Both the position numbers and the translations under genes were made by a program. From the NCBI GenBank assembly GCA_963575745.1, contig CAUYUJ010000003.1, positions 1-64,000 on the forward strand: DNA of 64,000 nucleotides, written 5' to 3'. Of this stretch, positions 35,561 to 49,381 are shown in pieces. Source of the DNA: Prorocentrum cordatum (lineage: Eukaryota). The stretch's first letter is position 1. Each line of letters opens with the position of its first letter. The notes under the pieces were generated by a model. It searched no databases, had not been told where the DNA came from, and saw nothing but the letters and a program-made list of their open reading frames with translations.

Positions 35561-38500
35561 GCATTGGCAGTTATGTGACCTCTGCCTGTACTGAGGTTCT
35601 GCTCGACTGAACTTCGAACTGGTAACTGCTGGCTGAAGCATTCGGCTTTTCAGAAGGAAGCCTGCGGGAACCATGGCCTATGGAGCCTCTCGGGCCCGCT
35701 TCGACACTGGGCCGAATCCCTCCGACGTTGTTTGCGTGGAACGGGTGAGGGTTTATCGCGCTGTGGTGCACCCCCTCCCGCGCTCGGGAGAGGCTTCAAG
35801 TGTTTTCTTCCTCGAGACCCCTACGATCTGTAGCCGTTGCAGGTGGCTCTGTCTCCGCCCCCCAGCCCCCCTCAACCTCACCTCGCCCGCCCCAATGGTC
35901 ATGGAGGTAACGCCTACGGATGCAAAGTGATACAGACCTATCTGCCACAACAGCCGATGCCTCAAACCCAATACGGACCATCTGAAACACCTCTGGACAC
36001 CAGGCCAGGAAGCCAGGGAGGGGAGGCAAGGACAGAGGGGAACGAAACCAGGCGCCAGGGGCATCCAGCGGGGTAGTGGCGAAGAAGGCGGAATGTTGGC
36101 AAAGCCTGAGCCGTATAGCGACAATACCTCCAGTCAAATGATACCGTGTAGCAAAATTTTGCTGCATGTCCGCTGGGCCCCTTGGCCCGACTAAAGGTCA
36201 GCACGCTGCGCGCAGTGCAGAGAACCCGGCCCTTACCACCTCCCTCCCTCCGCGCGATCAGTCGGCGCCCAAGCGCCGAAGTAATTCTGCTGCTCTCACT
36301 GCCCAGCTGCGCCTGACGACGATTCCTCCATGTTCACGCCGCGGCTCCTTGGCGCTGCCCGGCAAATTTCTGAACCTGTCTCTCGAGCGCCGCGGGGGGA
36401 GGCGCTCCGACTATTGCTGCTCCGCGTGTCGCCTTCAGTGACGCGTAGATCATCGTGCGCACCTGTGGGATGCTGATTGGGTCGGGCTTGATCGGTTCCT
36501 TCTCGTTGCCCTGGCAGATCTTGTCTGTATCGGCTTCCATCTTGACGTTGAACGGGCTCTCTCCCATGGGGTTCAGCATCGCATGTACTTTCCAGCGCTA
36601 GTGCTGGCCGTGCTCCGCGGGGGGATTTCTGCGCCCTCGCGTAGCGGACTAGATCCGCCAGCTCGTTGTACTCGATAAAGTCTATGATGAGGCTAGGCTT
36701 CTTCATGTCTGCCTGGATGTGATGCGGGAGCTCTGGCATGTTGTCCAGCGCCACCAGAAAGTCCGCTGCCGAGTGCGCGCGTGGGTTCTCCTGGCCCGTC
36801 TCCCCGTTCTGGCTGCGCTCCGCATGCATCTGCTCCGCGCTGGCCCAGGCCTGCGTCGCCGAGTGGTCTCTTTTGTCCACCGGAACAAAAAACCCACAAT
36901 CTGTCTGAGATTGCCCTGATCACTTGGGCGCTGTTGAGCGTGAATTTTTCCATGTTGAATGCTTCCTCTCCGCTCGCCTGGTTGCCATCGGACTTGCCCG
37001 CTTGCTTCTTCGGGTCGTCGCGCGCGTGCGTCTTCGGCGGCTGAGGCCCTCCCCCCGCCTCTGAAAGACCGCGTGCCCTCCTGCCGTCTGCCGTCGCCCT
37101 CCTCGCCATGTGGGCCCTCGCCGCGACTGCAGACGCGGTCCGAGTGCTCGTGTAGTTCACTAAGCTAAGCGGAGCAGTCTCCGCGCGTGTAAGAAGGAGA
37201 CTCGATGGGCCGGACTGCAAAGGACGTGGGACGAGTGGGGAAGGCATGGGGCACGCGCTTGTCCATTGCGAGGCAATGTCGCATGCGCGAGGCACATGGG
37301 GTACATGTGCAAACGTTCGTGGTGATAAGCATGGAGTGCGTTTTTCTCATCCGATGTGCAGGTGTGCTGCGCGCTGTTTTTGCATGTCTGGAGCTTGCTT
37401 ACACGAAGTATACCATCTTCGAACTCATGTGTACAGGGTAGATCCATTCGTATACGATCGTGCTGTGCTCGCTGTTCGTGTTGCTTCGCACAGCTGCTCT
37501 GCGTCGTGCTGGCCGCCCCCCCCCCAATGCCCCCCCCCGTCTTCGGTAAGCCCCGCCAATCTCCTGTATCGCTCCAGTTTATCTCCTCCTGCAGGCCAAA
37601 GTGAATATCTGTTCGAGGCGACATCGCATTTGGAACAGGTGAGGGCGAGGGGGCGGTCGTTGAAGACGCTGGGGATGTTTTCCAGGTCGTGCCAACCGCG
37701 GCCAAGAGAACTATCCACTCGGGCCAGCGCCCGTAAGTCCTGCATGCGCTGACGCGCCCACGGAGTGCTGCACTTCACAAGGTGGCCTCTCAAAGCGAGA
37801 CGTGACCGGCAAAGCTGACGGTCGAGCTCGGTGGTGCCGAACATGGCCATTAGCACCTGACCATTGTTCCCTGGGGGCCGCACCATGGCCTGGTACCAAC
37901 GGAACCTCTGCACTCGAAGTTCTGTCGCAATGTGACCCAAGATTCCAAATATTGCTTGTTGACGGGCGTTCGAATACGAGTCTCATACTGCTGTTTAGCT
38001 TTTCCGTGCATGCGGCAACGTGCGAGTTTAATGATAGTCAAGTCCGGCGCCTACGTGGACTCTACTGGCAAGACAAACGCCGTCACCCCTGTGCTGGCAG
38101 CGCTGTGCACGAAACAGAGGAACAACGTGCAGTGATGCCGATGACCAAGAGGCTGGTGCCAAACGTCGCCTACGGATCTCCATGTTGCCCGGGCTCCCTC
38201 GAATCCTGTTTTCAATTCCGTGCGAAACGTTCCATCAAAACTCAAGATGGTTCCGAGTACCCTGCTTTCTCTGCAAATCTCACCATGAAGAAACTTGTGT
38301 TTTGATAGCGTCTTGGCAGTCTGAAGCGAAATGTCCCCCGAGAAAGAGGTGAAGTGGTTGATCTTGTCAGCATTCAGATACTATCCATCTACATTTGTAT
38401 GATCTTGTGGGTTGCTGACTGCCTGTTCAAATTGCTGTGTGATATACCTTGTATGTGCTGGATAGCCATGTACATGGAGCCTTGCGGCATCGTCGATAAA

Positions 38501-39575
38501 AAGCCTGGTGCCCATGTCAACGAAGTCCTCCCCACCAGTTACAGCCAGCCGCCGAAGCCACGTATAACTGATGTCTGTGTTTGCTAGCTCGTCGTTCCAT
38601 CTAGCTACTGAGGGGGAACACGCGTCTACGAAGCCCCCAGCCGCCATCGAATGCCCCATCGTGGTGCCGATGCCAGGGTGCATGTCTAACTCACGGTCTG
38701 CTCCCGTAGCGTGCATGGAAACCATGTGCCATGTCTACATCATGGTCCAGAAGCTCAACGTTACCTCTGCGGCCGTGCTGTACGCTTGGTGCAGGCAAGC
38801 GCGTTCGTGCCGTCGAAGTTCGAAATCGTGTGGCTAACTTTTTCATCTCGGCATCTCCAGCGAGCAACAGCAATACTAAGGCTACCCCCTCCCTATTTCT
38901 CCCACGTGGCCCTCCATGCGCGACATCTGGGGGGGGGGGGCAGGGCAATTACTTACTCTTTGAAGGTGTCCATAATACGACATGCAAAACGCATCGAAGC
39001 AGTATAGGATGCGCTGAGTCCTAATGCCCATATTGCCATTGTTCTTCGCCTGTGCGAGCGACTGTGAGCGCAGCGTCGAAAGCGGGGGGAGTCCGACGAT
39101 CCGAATGAACGCAAGCAAGTCGTCATATCTCCTCGAGAGAACTTCACGGGTGTACGTGCGCCGCCGAGAAAAAAAACGATACAGGTGGAAATCGATGCAC
39201 ATGCTGAGGGCCTCTGCAACTACTCCTCAAGAAGGCCCCGCCCGTCGTTTAGGTGCACGGCGTAAGTTCCCTATATGAGAGTTCTGTCGCTGCGCACTAA
39301 CTTGGTGAGGTCCTGAAGCTGGTGTATGTGTGGCAAGAGACTCCGATCCAATATCCAGTCTTGCAAATTTCTTGCGGGTCACGAGCCATGCCGCTTCCCA
39401 CTGTGTCGTCGTCATCGCCTGCATGACGGAGAAAAGAAAGCGATTTTAGGGTCCTTCACCCGTGCAAGCAAGTTTAACCCTCAGCATTTGGATCTCTGCC
39501 ATGCGTCCATTGCGCCATGCTTTCCAAATCTCCTCAACCAAGATGCTCGTTTTCTCCGACTTCTGTTGGTGTGAG
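35561..39575 (-). mobile_element. Decayed 5'-truncated LINE-like element (RT + C-terminal Cys/His region + downstream ORF)
   Basis: RILYCFDAF..AHGGPRGRNREG..NFDGTNA; GTTMGHSMAAGGF; DMGTRLFIDDAAR (FIDD 38489-38500); IATELRVQRFRWYQAMVRPPGNNGQVLMAMFG..TPWARQRMQDL. GGA tracts flank both sides. Confidence 0.75.
36334..37109 (-). pseudogene. Frameshifted ORF located 3' of the LINE RT
   Basis: MARRATADGRR..MEKFTLNSAQVIRAISD..GQENPRAHSAADFLVALD..ELADLVRYAR..RTMIYASLKATRGAAIVGAPPPAALERQVQKF across three frames. Confidence 0.55.
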
Positions 39576-39969
39576 GTGAAGGAGGAGGAGCAGGAGGAGG
39601 AGAAGGAGTGCGGGTACCCTCAGGAGGAGGAGAAGGAGGAGGAGGAGGATTCGGGGGAAACTGTTGATAGTACAGGTGTCCCCAGCTTTTCGCGCCATTG
39701 CTGGAGCCTCTGAGGCCCTGTGGGCCTCGTGATGGGTGCTCTGTAGGCCGTGGGGGCCTCCCTGAAAATCCATGGGGCAACTTGGGCCAGGGACACCTTT
39801 GGCAACACCCGAAGGCTGCGGGAGGAAGGCTGGTCACCACCTTCCCGTCCCCTCGCTCTCCTTCTCGCCTGGTGCTGCGGAGACCCTAATGCTCCTCCTC
39901 CTCGTCCTCCTCGTCGATGGCCCGATGGCTCTGGAAATCCTAAGCCTCCTCCCCCGCCGCCTCCCCCTA

Positions 39970-40442
39970 CAGTCGGACATAGGACAGAAACATATCTTTC
40001 AAGAACATGAGACCCTGCGCCAATGAAACGAAGATCAATCGAGGGTGCCCTCCCCAGGATGCGCCAGAACATCCAACCAACACGAAGAACATTAGGGCGC
40101 CCTCCCCGAACCGACCTCGAACTTAACACATCGGTCCGATTATACCCCCCTCCCCCTGCTCTTCCCCCCGATCCTTTCCTGCTGCAATGACCTCGGCGCG
40201 CCGGCGTGGGCGTCGCCCGCGGCACCGGCACGGAGCTCTGCGACCTGCCGTGGCGCCGCTTGCACGCCGACGACGTTGCCGCAGGTACAGTCGGACCCAG
40301 GCCAGAAGAACATCCCTCAAGCACATGAGACCCTCCGTCGGCCAAAACATACAGAACATCTAAGGGTACCCTTCCCAGGATGCGGAATAATATCCGACAA
40401 ACACGAAGAACACTAGGGTACCCTCCCAGAGGCGACCTCGGG
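39970..40442 (+). repeat. Two diverged ~150-bp direct repeats (~39970-40120 and ~40290-40442)
   Basis: Shared cagtcggac..catgagaccct..cccaggatgcg..aacacgaagaaca.taggg..cgacctcg blocks. Confidence 0.75.
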
Positions 40443-41220
40443 AAATGTTCCAGTCTGTTCGTGCCTGGGACAGACAAACTCATCTCACAGGCAACGGCGC
40501 AGCAACAACATTCAAGCGTCAAGCGTGTTCGGCGTGGCTCCACAAACCGCACGAACATGCTTGCATCACGGCATCAGGGAAGCAGGCGCGAGAGAAGGAC
40601 ACATAACTTCAGGATACTGTGGTCCTGGATGGCACTGTGCATGGTCCGACGTGCACCTATCACTCCCCTCCCAGAAGTATCGCGCCAGATCTTCAGATTT
40701 CCGAGCATGTCCGAGCCACCAGTGAGGCGCCCTGCGACAGGCCAAACCTAAGACCCCAACCGAACAGGGAAACTAAAAGCTGCTTGGCTTCAAGAAGAGG
40801 AACATCTGTGGACGAACGCGTTTGCTCACGACACCATGCACACTGTGGTGGTTTTGGCACGAGGAGCGAGAAGGGAGGACGAAACAGAGGGCATGGGAGG
40901 GAGGAGGAAGGAGTGCAGAACGGGCAGGGAGTGATAAGACGGACCACAATAAACCTAGTACACATCGCTGATTATGAAACACGCCTTCCCGTCCCAAGCT
41001 TCCCCCTTGATATAGCCATGCAGCTACCACGAGGAACGCTATGAAAATAATCACATCCCTTTTTGGACCCACGGGTCCTGGGCGCAGGAGGAGCGCCAGA
41101 GGAGCAGCCCTGGAAGGACTCGAGGAACAACGAGCGCCTTCCGAACCAGATGAGCTGTCCCTGACGGCAACTTGATGTCGTGACAACTTGGGCGTTGGTT
41201 CCTGACACCGCGTGGATCGT

Positions 41221-42331
41221 TCAACATTCAATGATCGGCTGCCTTTCGATGGCCAGATCGTTCCATATTTGCAGGTTCTGGGCCACTGGCGGCGTTCGAC
41301 TTTGAACGCCTGCGGCGGGGCCGCTGCTGCGTCGACACGACGCGAAGCTGCAACATCTCTGATGAACGGACAACGCACGCACACACACGCACACACCCAT
41401 ACTTACAGAGGGTCTGACCCGCGTTTCGTGATTGTGCGGGTTGTCGGACACCGAAAAGGAACCCCCGTTTGAGCGGGGACTACCATCCGACAACACGCAC
41501 CCACAGCCCTTCCAGAAATCAATCCCAACACAAACGGTGAGGTCTGGGGGTCACATATTTACGGAGGCTGGTTGACAACTCGTGAATCTCGGCGTCTTGA
41601 CCGCGGGAGTCCCCAGAGACGGGGCGGGCGGCTGCTGGCTAGAGCGCGGCGCGAGATGGGTGCTGGGACCCCAGAGGCGGTGGACATGGACATACGTATT
41701 TTGGCCCCCTGGACAGTGGCAAGTGCAATAACGCTAAGTACTTGCAGCACGGCGCGCGCGCGGCAGCATTCCCTCAGGGTTCAGCGGTCGGCGTCGACAC
41801 GGCCCGAACCTGAGGGTGCTGAGTACGTGCAGCGCGGCGCGCGCGCGGTAGCCTTGCCTCAGGGCCTCAACGATCGGCGTCGACACGGTGCGAACCTGCC
41901 GTGCTTCAGCGTCTTGGCCGCAGGCCTGCCCCGGGCGTCGCCGCAGCGCTGCGGCGACCGCCAGCATGGAAGAGAAACTGGGGCGCCGCACGCCTGCCGC
42001 CGTGGCTAATCCCGCGCGCGCCCTGGGCGCGCCCGCCGACGCGCAAGAATGACCACGGGGTACGGTCGGGGACTTTTTGCTTAGCTTGTCGCAGCGGCGC
42101 CCCAACGACACGCTATCCCCTGCAAGCCGTGTCGCTTCAATCCGCGGGGCGGGGGACTGGGAGCTGCTGGGGGGCTGGGAAGCGGGAGGCGTGTCGCGCC
42201 AAAGCGTTTTGTACCAGAACTCGCGACGCGACACGCTGAGCCAACGTTCCTGACCGTATGGGCGGGGGGAAAAGAGTAGAGAAGTAGCACTGCCAGGAAT
42301 CCGTAGGACATAGGCCACATATTCGTTCTCG
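41221..42331 (-). CDS. Candidate spliced gene segment with seven micro-exons, product unknown
   Basis: Exons 42331-42294, 42249-42200, 42119-42086, 41912-41853, 41740-41696, 41595-41563 and 41309-41221, all with AG acceptors and GC/GT donors. They join in frame: ENEYVAYVLRIPGTLAQRVASRVLVQNALGIACRWGAAATNAEARQVRTVSTPIVEALRQVLSVIALATVQGAKIHAEIHELSTSLRVQSRTPPVAQNLQIWNDLAIERQPIIEC*. The model is hand-fitted and the last exon may be internal. Confidence 0.45.
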
Positions 42332-42409
42332 CTTGGTAAACAAAGGTGCTCGTGCTTATATGTATAAGCGTGTGTGCGTTGGCCACTGTGGGCCCCAAAC
42401 AATGTGTCC

Positions 42410-43125
42410 TAGCATGCTACGAGGTGCAATCCATGTGGCGTGGACTAAAGGGTGCAATTCATACTGCCGGGTTTGAAGTTGTCAGCACCACTTCTCGCGC
42501 AATTTTCCCACCCACCCACCCGCAACTCGGTTTGCAAAACCCATGCGGCAGCAATTGCGATGGGTGTTTGGTGTTGGCAGGTGCATCTCTGCGGCCGCGC
42601 CAGCCCGCGCATGCTCGCGCGCACAGCGGCCAGCTAGTTTGGCGCGACCGACGTGGCCGCGGTGGCGCTGACCGCTGGGCACTAGCACGGTATCCTGGCA
42701 ACGTCGACAACGGTAGACACGATGATGATAGTAGCGATGCTGGTGGCGATGGTGACAACGACGACGGCAAGGCCAGTGACGGCGCAAATGCTGATCACGC
42801 CGGCGACGATGAAGACCCCCTTGCGTCGGTGATGAAGTTTTGGAAGGAGTTTGACCTGCGCGCGCCGCCGACGCGCGATAGTGGTCCGCGCTGTATTATT
42901 TTACACGGGCCGTGCCTCCCCCCAGCACGCGCGCAAGGGCGTTCGAATGATTTCGACGTGCTGCGCGGGAGGCCTGTTTGGCTGAATTTACTAAACATGT
43001 GGAACAACCGATGGTTCGCTTAAGAATTCGCAAGAGCGCGAGCGCAGGCTTTCTCTTTTATGAACTGATGTTGTCAAACCGTGTGAATGTATATGTTTTC
43101 GGGGCACTCGACTTTGAATGCTTCA
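42410..43125 (+). repeat. Dispersed repeat copy homologous to ~59860-60585
   Basis: Shared cccacccacccacccgcaac, tgcatctctgcggccgcgccagc, ggcgcgaccgac..ggtggcgctgaccgct and gcgtcggtgatgaag blocks in the same order. Confidence 0.9.
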
Positions 43126-43134
43126 CGCAACCTA

Positions 43135-46100
43135 CGGCTTTTGAAAGAGATTTGCCGCCGCTGGGGGAGGCGCGACTCGCAGGCCCGAGCAACTCAGTGA
43201 GCTAAAGAACCCTGGTGTGGGAAGGCGCTCCAACTCCAGGGGGGTCACGTCGTCGGCCCCGCGCCCTGCTTTGACCTCCGTGCAGTTCAGAGCCCACTGA
43301 ACGCGCTCAGGTCGTAGCGGCCCGAGCTGCTCCGCGGCGGCCGCGCCCCCGATCCCCCCGAAAACGCGGGCGATCCCGTCGAGTTCGAGAGGTCGGGGGC
43401 CCCGCGGGGCATGCCATTCGAAAGCATCTCTGTCAAGGATGTCGATCGGGCGGTAGAGCGTTCGAGCCTCCACCCGAAGCTCATCAGAAACAGAGGGAAC
43501 CTTCTTCGAAGCCTTGTCGAGTACCCCTGGGGCCCTGGGCGCGGCAGCCCAGTCTCTGAACTTCTCGAGTGACCCTCCCGCGTCTCGACGACGGGCGCGG
43601 GCGGCCGCTCTCTTGGCCGCCGCGGCCATCTCATGCGCCGAGGCGCCAAACATCGTAGACAGATGCAACGGCTGAGCCTGCCAGTCGCTCCACGTTGGGG
43701 CGCTCGCCCCGTCGTCGCCGTCGCCGCCGGGCGAATTAACTGGCGGCGCGCGCGCCGGGCGGCTGGTCGCTGGCATGGGCGCAAAGTGCCGCGCAGAGCG
43801 AAATTGCCGCGCTTCATCGTTGCCTCGGCTTCGATGCCCGCCTGGCCCGGGCAATACTGAATCCATGAACTGCCGAGGTTGGCGCCGGCGGCCTCTGCCT
43901 GCTCCCCCGCGCCATTTTCCGCGAGGCTCTGAACGCGCTGGCTGTCCGTCGCCCGGGCCGCTTCAGGCCTGGGCTGAGGGGGGGCGGGGGCGGCGTCGGC
44001 CGTCTCTTCGCAGAAGGAACGCGCCTCGTCTAACTCGGCGTCGCATTCGCCATCAGAAGCAACTCCCCAAAATGGCGTGGAGGCCCCCTCAGAAACCTCT
44101 AGATCCCCGAACGTGGCCTTAGCAGCCCCAGGCGCGCGCTCCCTGTCAAGTTGCCGTTGCGCCCTGCGACCCCACTCGGCAACGCTGGACTTGGACCGGG
44201 GCGCGGGGGCGACTCCTGGCCGAGGCGTCTGGGGGAGTCGAACTAGAAGCGCTAACTCGCGGCGAAGTAACGGACTGCCCGGCCCCCGCAGACGCAACTC
44301 GGGAGCGACATGGGGCTGCCATGGCGCTGCGAGGACAGCCGCGACGCTCGCGATGGACATGGCACAGGGACGACGGGCAACAACGTAATCTAGAAGCGCG
44401 CACTTCCCAGACTCACAGGTAGGGTTAATGCTGGGCGTGCAGATGTCTCCGCCAACCTGGTGGGCGGAGCCTCGGACGGTCGAGACTTCGGGCGGGAGAT
44501 CGCCGTCACTCGCCAGATACCAAAGATCTCCAACATGTGAAACAACAACTACCAACCGCACATATCACCGCAAGTTCCGTTCTCCGAAGCCATCCGAACA
44601 GAAACGCGCAAAGCAATCGCGACGGCCGAACGTCCATGCTGATGTCTTTTCGCAGCCGCAAAGCCGTCCACTGCGGGCGAAACCTCAGAGATCAGATCGC
44701 GCGCAGCAGTATCGTCGGCTCCGAGATGTTGGGCCTGGAAGTGCTGGCGGCTGAACCAGATCTCGCCGCCCTCGTTGGCCCCCTCACGCGCGGCGTCGGT
44801 CTGCCCCCGCCCTGTGGAGCGAGCAGGGTTGACCAAGTTTGGCCCCCTTGGCCTCGCGGCGCGAGTGCGACCAGTCCATGCTGAAAGAAACGCACGGCTC
44901 CACTGGGCGGAAGCGGCGGTGGGGCAGGCGACTGGATCTGGCGATGTAGTTCCAGGCCTTCCTGCTCAGAGCCGCCACGTGGGCCGCCATGGTGAAAGCG
45001 TCGGTTCCACTCTTGGAGGGCGAGGGCCGCCCCCCTGCATCTTGCGCCGACGACCGCGCGCGCCCGTCAGAAAATGCCGAGCCCCTAGTGCTCGTGGAGG
45101 CGTCCCGAGCCATCTTGGCTGCCCGCGCGGCCTCCTCCCTGGCGGCCGCGTCCTCCGCGGGGGCTGGCGGACTGGCCTGCTCACCCGTGCCGCCAACGCC
45201 CTTGTTCTGGCGCCTGCGCTACGCGGCCATGCGCGTCTGGATATGCTGTTGCAGCTCCTCGGCCCTGGCGAGCCACGCCTGGCCTTGCGAATTCTCGGGC
45301 GAATGGAGCTGCTCGGCGGCCTCCAGGTCGGCCCTGGGCACTTGGGCGTCTCGACCTCAACCGGCCCCGCCTCGGGCTGGTCGAGCTGCCCGAAGGTCTC
45401 GTCCCACTGCGTGCCGAAGAGCGCCTGCGCGCCCTTGTCGGCGTCGGCGGTGTCGCGCTTCGCCGCGAGAGTCTGGGCCGCCATCCCCTTGGCCTCCTGG
45501 GCCGTGGCAAGCGCCTGCGCGATCTCGGCCTCGCCCTCCTTCGCCCGCGCGGGGTTCTCCCGGCGCCGCTGGGGCGCCGTGAAGGCTTGCTCGCGCTCGA
45601 GCTCCGCGCCCCTGACCGCCTCGACTGCCCTGCGGAGCTCCTCCTCGGGAGTCGAGGGGGCCCCGTGCGCGGCGGCCTTGGCGCTGGCGATCCTGGCCCG
45701 CAGCGCCCAATAGAGCGCGCCGTCGTCCGAGGTGGCCGCCAGCGCCTCCATCCAAGGCCGCCAGTGGCGACGAAGTGGAATCGGATGCCGCGGCGAGGGC
45801 GAACCGATTGGAGGCTGCATCTGCGCCGTCACCAGGCTGCTGACTGCTGCTGCTCTTCTTGAGGTGGTTGAGCTCGACGAGGCGCCCGCATCCAGAGCAA
45901 CATTGCGGTTTGCCTAGAACAAGACGATTATCCACTCGTGGCGCCCGCAGCCCTTGCATGTGCTCATGCACTCCATAAGCCCGCCGGGGCCGAGGCGGAA
46001 GCCGTTGCGATTCACCCTCTTAGCCACCGAAAAGGGCGGCCTTGTAGAAGTTGTTGCTACTGTGCCCCCCGAGCGCCTCGTGGCGGCGAGGGCCCGAATC

Positions 46101-46140
46101 GGAATAACAATGGTGTTCGGACCAAGTCTTGAGAGGAGGA
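43135..46140 (-). mobile_element. Decayed LINE with ORF1, apurinic-like endonuclease and the start of RT (3' part missing)
   Basis: ORF1-like CKGCGRHEW..QCCSGCG plus coiled coil (EEELRRAVEAVRGAELEREQ). APE-like GANEGGEIWFSRQH..WYLASDGDLPPE..PTCESGKCALLDYVV..APWQPH. RT-proximal LRPERVQWAL..AGRGADDVTPLELERLP. Confidence 0.7.
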
Positions 46141-48994
46141 ACGCACACATCTATACATATCTAGATGCTGATGATGACGATGATGATGGGGATGAAGAAG
46201 CACAGGCCCCTCAAACGCGGACTGGCAGGCGCAGAGCTCCTCTGATTCCGGGCAATGGCAGAAGGTCTAATGTACACTATGATCGCAGTCCTCTAACCAA
46301 ATGTTTACATCTAGCTTGCTGCTTGCCGCATCGCCAAGGGGGGAGCGCAGAGGGAACGGACCAACAAAGAGCTGAGTCAGTTTATATGCTGACGCGCGTA
46401 CAGCGCCATGGGCCCTTCCACCGCACCGCACACGAACGCTGAAGTAATTTCACGCAAAGTGCACGGCACCGGGAAGGACCGTGCCCGAAACAATTCAAAG
46501 TCGAAACGAAGAGTGGGCGGATGACAGGGCAGAAAGCAGTCATAAGCATAAAAGGCGCAGAGAAGACACGACGATCACAGCCACCAGGCCCCCCCCGTGC
46601 ACGAATGGAGATAGAACGGCTACGAAAGATGTCGCCTTTACACGAAAGGCAAAGGCGCGTTTCTTCCACATGGGGGCGCCATAGCGCCCTGGAGGGCCTT
46701 GAAACCCTCGGGACGGCGGAAAAAACAAGCCCGCGCGCCCTGAGAATAGGGGCGGGGGTCGGCAGTGCGCGGCCGCGAGGGTGCCCGATAGACATGCAAC
46801 TGACGATGATGCTGACACCGAGCATGCAGGGAGGGGGAAAGGATGAGGAGGAGGAGGAGGAGGGAAGAGGAAGGGGAGGAGGAGAGGATGCAGAGGAGAG
46901 GAGAGGAGAAGAGAGGAGGATGCGGGGCATCGTCTCTTCAAAATGAAGGCCCAACGCCACAGGTTGCTAGGGAAACAAACAAAGAATCCGAAGAGTTGGC
47001 GGCGTAATGCTTGAAGAAACCATTGGAACACGAAAACAACTTCCTCACATGCGGGGTTTCCCTTCGGGCGTTTCCCTTCGAACGGTTTCCCCTGGGATCT
47101 TCGTTTTTGTTTGTTTGTTTGATTTGGTTGTTTTCCCATGGCTTTCCTACATTCTGCCTCCTGCGCATCAGTTTCATTGTTTTTGTTGGCTGTTGTTTGA
47201 ATTTTTGGGGCGTCCCACCAAAAACATACGCAATGTGTGCGCATTTCGCCCACGAGACCACGACGACAACGAGCGGAACGCTTTCGGCCCGCACCTGTTT
47301 GGCCCATATGCCCATCTCCCTATACATATTTATGTATGTATGTTACTAGTTGTTGATATCTGTATGTGAATATACATGTATATATATACAACGGCATGTA
47401 CACATGTGTACATCTGCCAACAACTGGGCCGAAAAGGGCAGCGGACCAGGAGAGGGGGCTGGTAAGAGAACGTGCGCACAATGAGCGGGAACGACCTCTG
47501 GTGCGCCGCTTCCGCGAGCCGCCATAGGGGAAGGGGACCCGTGTGGGCTCGCACCAGAGGTCGCTCAGGCGGGTCACTGTTACGCCTCGCGCGCAGCCGA
47601 TCGTGGTCCCCCGCCCGCCATCCTCGGCGCTGCGGGCACCGTGCCCGCTGCGCTCCGGAGCGCGTGGCCTCCATAATTGGCCCTTGAGGCCGACTGTACG
47701 CGACTACCCCGGCCCCTTGCCCAAGATTTCAAGGTTTCGACTCGAGCGCATGCGACGGAACCTTGTTTGCGATGCATGTCGACGCTTCCCGTTGGCTTAC
47801 TGCGCGTTCGTGGCCCACAACGCCGGAGCGGGAACGCGTGAGTTTACCCGCCACGCTCTCGCCTTCCTACGTCCTGCTCAACCGCGCCCTCGCCGCTCGG
47901 CGGCTCCCAATGATCTGATCGTCGTTTCGCTCGTTGCGCCGCGCTCGAGTCGCGCACGAGCCAACATGGAAACATGGATCAGGGATCCGCAGATGGGGCA
48001 CGTGGGGCGCCAGATCCGCGGATCGGGGAGCGTCATCCTCGAAACTTGCCGCCAGTGCCACCTGATTTGGCGACGGAACGCGCCGATTCGGCATGGAAGC
48101 GGGGCCCGTCGCTCAGCCACGTGCCTTGACCCATGTTTGCGTTGCCTCGATGGGGGTGGGGCGTTCAGCCCTCTCCCCCCTCCCCCCCCCGTGGGCTCCT
48201 TTTGGTCGATGCGCGCTGCTGCCCCTTCCTCGCCAGCTGGGCCTGCAGAGCTACGCCCCCTCCCTGGCTGCGCGCCCCAGTGCCGCAGACGGCCTCGAGG
48301 CGCCCTCTGTTTGCTGGCGTTGGCCATTGGCCGTCGCAAGACGTCGCAATCTGTCTGCGCTCAGCCGGGCCGCGGAGGGCCGGAGGGAACCGTACCCGTG
48401 CAGTTTGCGTTTGGCCTTGTCATCAAGACCGCGCGGCAAGCCGAATCCTGAACGCTTCGGCTGCGGCGACAATGGCCCGTCGGGGGCGCGCGGCCTCCCT
48501 CGGCCCATCCTCCTCCTACCTGCTCCGTCCGGCCTCCTTCCTCGTGCCTCCCCCTTCTCCGTCCTCCCCCCTTCTCTGTCCTCCGCCCTCCCTCTTCCAA
48601 CTCCTGCCTCCAGCTCATTTCTCCTCCAACGCATCTCTCCTCCAACTCATCCCTCGTGCCGCCTCCCTCCTCCTCCTCCTCCTCCTTCTCCTCCTCCTCC
48701 ACCTCCTCATTGTCCTCATCCTCATCCCTCCTCCTTCTTGTGGCCCTCCTGGCCTCCTCCTCTTCCGCCGAGGAAGGCAGAGGAGGGAGACGGGGGAACG
48801 TGAGGGAGGGAGAGGAGGGAGGGGGCAGAGATAGGGAGGATGAGTTGGAGGAGGACGGGAAAAAGGCATTCCTCCTCAGAGGCCGCTCCGCTCCAAGCAA
48901 CGCCGAACACCTTTTTGCCGCCTCGGCCACGCACCTCGCTGGCGATCGCGGCCGCGCCCGCTCTGGAAGGAGGGGGGCGAGAGGGGGAGGAATG

Positions 48995-49381
48995 GGAACG
49001 GTGATGATGATGACGGTGGTGATGACGATTCTGATAATATGAAAAAGATGGTGGTGGTGATGCTGTTGATGGATGGTGATCGTGGCTGTAAAGATGGTGA
49101 TGATGATGACGACGGTGATGCTGTTGATGATGGTGAGCAAGAGGGTGGTGAATAAACGAAAAGGGGGAATTATGGAAAGACGGGGACAGGCGAATGAACG
49201 AAGATACGGACGATGATGTTGGTGATATTTGTGCTGGTGGTCATGCTATTGGCGATACAGGTGTTGATGGTGATGCTGACAGTGGCGACGACGATGGCGA
49301 TGGCGATGGTGATGATGGTAGCAATTCGTATGTCGATGGTGGATATAATGACGGTGAGGGTGATGGTGCTGATGATGATGG

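Noticed and set aside
46127..46148. SL relic at the 5' end of the APE-type LINE (gtgcgttcctcctctcaag)
   Set aside because: Only CTCAAG matches, which is too weak to distinguish from chance.
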